Positions 62,601 through 64,000 of a stretch of 64,000 nucleotides of DNA are shown here, piece after piece. Position 1 is the first letter of the stretch, and each line of letters begins with the position of its first letter. Both the position numbers and the translations under genes were made by a program. This stretch comes from a virus, in IMG/VR virus record IMGVR_UViG_3300025168_000032, positions 121,653 to 185,652 of that record. One strand, given 5' to 3'. Under the pieces are notes generated by a model. The model saw only the letters and a list, made by a program, of their open reading frames with translations. It was not told the origin of the DNA and made no database searches.

Positions 62601-62646
62601 AAATCCCTTGTTCTTTTCTATTTAGGGAGGGGCAAGGGATTTTTAT
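62601..62646 (+). terminator. Rho-independent terminator
   Basis: AAATCCCTTG...CAAGGGATTT followed by T-run. Confidence 0.7.
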
Positions 62647-62779
62647 ATGTCAAAAAATATGAAACTCACAATACATCAGATACAAAACAAACATTTGTTG
62701 CTTCTATTAAGACGATTAGACTATTTATGACTGAAAGTGCATAGTTATTTAGTATTTAAAATTATTAGGAGATATAAAA

Positions 62780-63106
62780 ATGAATATTACGAAATCAAAA
62801 CTCAAACAAATCATTGCTGAAGAATATCAAAGATTTAATGAGCAAGATGATATGGGAGTTCCCGCAACACCCGATCAGGAAGAACCGATGGTTTCCCAAG
62901 GTGAAGAACTACCAAATTCAGCATCGAAGTTAAAGATAGCATTGAAAAATTTGGCAATGGACACTTCAAAGTTTAAAGGAATTGACCCCAAAGAAGCCGC
63001 TGCCATTGCAGACGCTATTAATCGCCTGCTAGGAAAAGCCCAAGAAGGCTCAGCCGGCGCAATCTTTAAAAGGTTGTCCGTGGCATTCGAGAGATTAAAA
63101 ATCTAA
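62780..63106 (+). CDS. Protein with MNITKSKLKQIIAEE leader
   Basis: CTATTTA at 62721 and ATAGTTA at 62741; AGGAG RBS. Confidence 0.6.
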   Translation: MNITKSKLKQIIAEEYQRFNEQDDMGVPATPDQEEPMVSQGEELPNSASKLKIALKNLAMDTSKFKGIDPKEAAAIADAINRLLGKAQEGSAGAIFKRLSVAFERLKI

Positions 63107-63121
63107 TTTAGAGGAATTATA

Positions 63122-64000
63122 ATGAACAAGCTGAATGATAATATTTTAAATCATCGTATTTTACAAAAATTAATTGAAATGAATCTTATATCTCAAAATG
63201 AGGTTCGTCGTCTTATAACAGAAGAGTTGGCTAACAAAGATTTGTTAGAAGAAGCACCAAAGGACACTGTGAGTAATTGGCTAACCACAAAACTGAGAAA
63301 GATTGAAGATCCTGTAGAAAAACTAAAAGAGGTAGAAAAATTACTTGGCTTTTTGGATGAATCATTAACGGATAACGATGCTTTTGAAAAAGCGTTCCCT
63401 AAAATCTTTAGCCAAGGGGAAGAGAAAATTAGGACATATCGTGAAGCTATCGCCGAGAAATTGGCGTCATGGGCCCCCGATGGTAACCCAAAGTCCATAT
63501 CTAACAGATTGAGAGCAGCAGCCGCTGGAAGTGCAAGCCCAAAAGAAAAAGTAGAAGTAGCCGCTGCCGCAGTAGCCGTAGTAGCGAAGGAAGAAAGTAC
63601 ACCAGTTACTTTGGCCGCCATAAGTACTGCTTTGACGATTGTTGGTGGAGATAGAGCCGCAAATAATAAAGAGGCAACAAAAGCAATTGTTGCATTGGCA
63701 CAAAAAATCACAGGCGAACCCGTAGAAGGAACAGGGGAAGAACCTGACCAACGAAAGGCCGGAGTGTCAAACGATCCAAACTTGTTTGATTTAAACAGGG
63801 AGCAGATCGAATCCCTTAAAAGTGCATATAAACCTTTTAGAAACGACTTTTACGGTACAACAACTCTAGCTAAGCAAGGGGAGATTGTACGAGAATTTAA
63901 ACAAGCTCTAAAGGCAGTGTCGGAAGATGAAGACAAGGAAGCTGGGTACGAAAGAACTTCTGATGCTAAAGCAGAAACGCCCCCGATAGAGGAGCAAGAA
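63122..64000 (+). CDS. 5' part of a large helical protein running off the window end (not in track)
   Basis: GAGG RBS; 293 open codons, MNKLNDNIL...VRRLITEEL... Confidence 0.65.
   Translation, partial: MNKLNDNILNHRILQKLIEMNLISQNEVRRLITEELANKDLLEEAPKDTVSNWLTTKLRKIEDPVEKLKEVEKLLGFLDESLTDNDAFEKAFPKIFSQGEEKIRTYREAIAEKLASWAPDGNPKSISNRLRAAAAGSASPKEKVEVAAAAVAVVAKEESTPVTLAAISTALTIVGGDRAANNKEATKAIVALAQKITGEPVEGTGEEPDQRKAGVSNDPNLFDLNREQIESLKSAYKPFRNDFYGTTTLAKQGEIVREFKQALKAVSEDEDKEAGYERTSDAKAETPPIEEQE

Noticed and set aside
63193-63751. Minus-strand ORFs at the right end
   Set aside because: Shadows of the unlisted plus-strand ORF starting at 63122, which is open to the window end.
1-64000. Stop-codon reassignment as in some jumbo phages
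   Set aside because: Conserved genes are full length in code 11 and end at TAG (recA, dnaB, nrdJ, dnaE), TGA (dut) and TAA (groEL), with tight coupling; no suppressor tRNA.
1-64000. Bacterial chromosome or prophage
   Set aside because: gp32-like SSB, dense small ORFs, near-uniform strand, isolated groEL, groES and dnaE without cellular operons, and no integrase or repressor module.

Overview
The window is a 64 kb segment of a large, probably jumbo, lytic dsDNA tailed-phage genome. It uses the standard genetic code and genes lie almost entirely on the + strand; no capsid, terminase or tail genes are in view. It has three zones. (1) 1-29.6 kb is a replication and metabolism block: gp32-like SSB, RecA, 5'-3' exonuclease, DnaB, class II RNR, ThyX, DnaE, dUTPase, GroEL and GroES, two ClpP paralogues, a J-domain protein, a cytosine-deaminase-like enzyme and an amidase endolysin. 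(2) 29.7-44.3 kb is an early-type region of about 50 small ORFs divided into cassettes by 18 copies of one dyad element, GGWCA-N5-TGWCC. In 15 copies the dyad is followed directly by TACCCR-N17-TAnnnT with invariant spacing; in 3 copies it lies 10 nt upstream of TTGACA or TCGACA. These cassettes contain runs of translationally coupled SH3/KOW-like mini-genes joined by a conserved junction repeat that encodes one gene's C-terminus, the RBS and the next gene's N-terminus. They also hold two double CCHC zinc-knuckle paralogues and a MoxR-vWA pair. (3) 44.5-64 kb begins after a G/C-run and palindrome boundary. It contains late-type genes preceded by a CTANTTA motif, many with shared N-terminal leaders ending in (L/I)xE that resemble capsid-targeting peptides, plus lipoproteins, thymidine kinase, PMM, an HNH nuclease and three tRNAs. 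The best candidate for an undescribed system is the two-tier modular arrangement in zone 2: promoter-level dyad cassettes plus gene-level SH3 junction repeats. All functional calls come from motif recognition by eye; no database searches were run.
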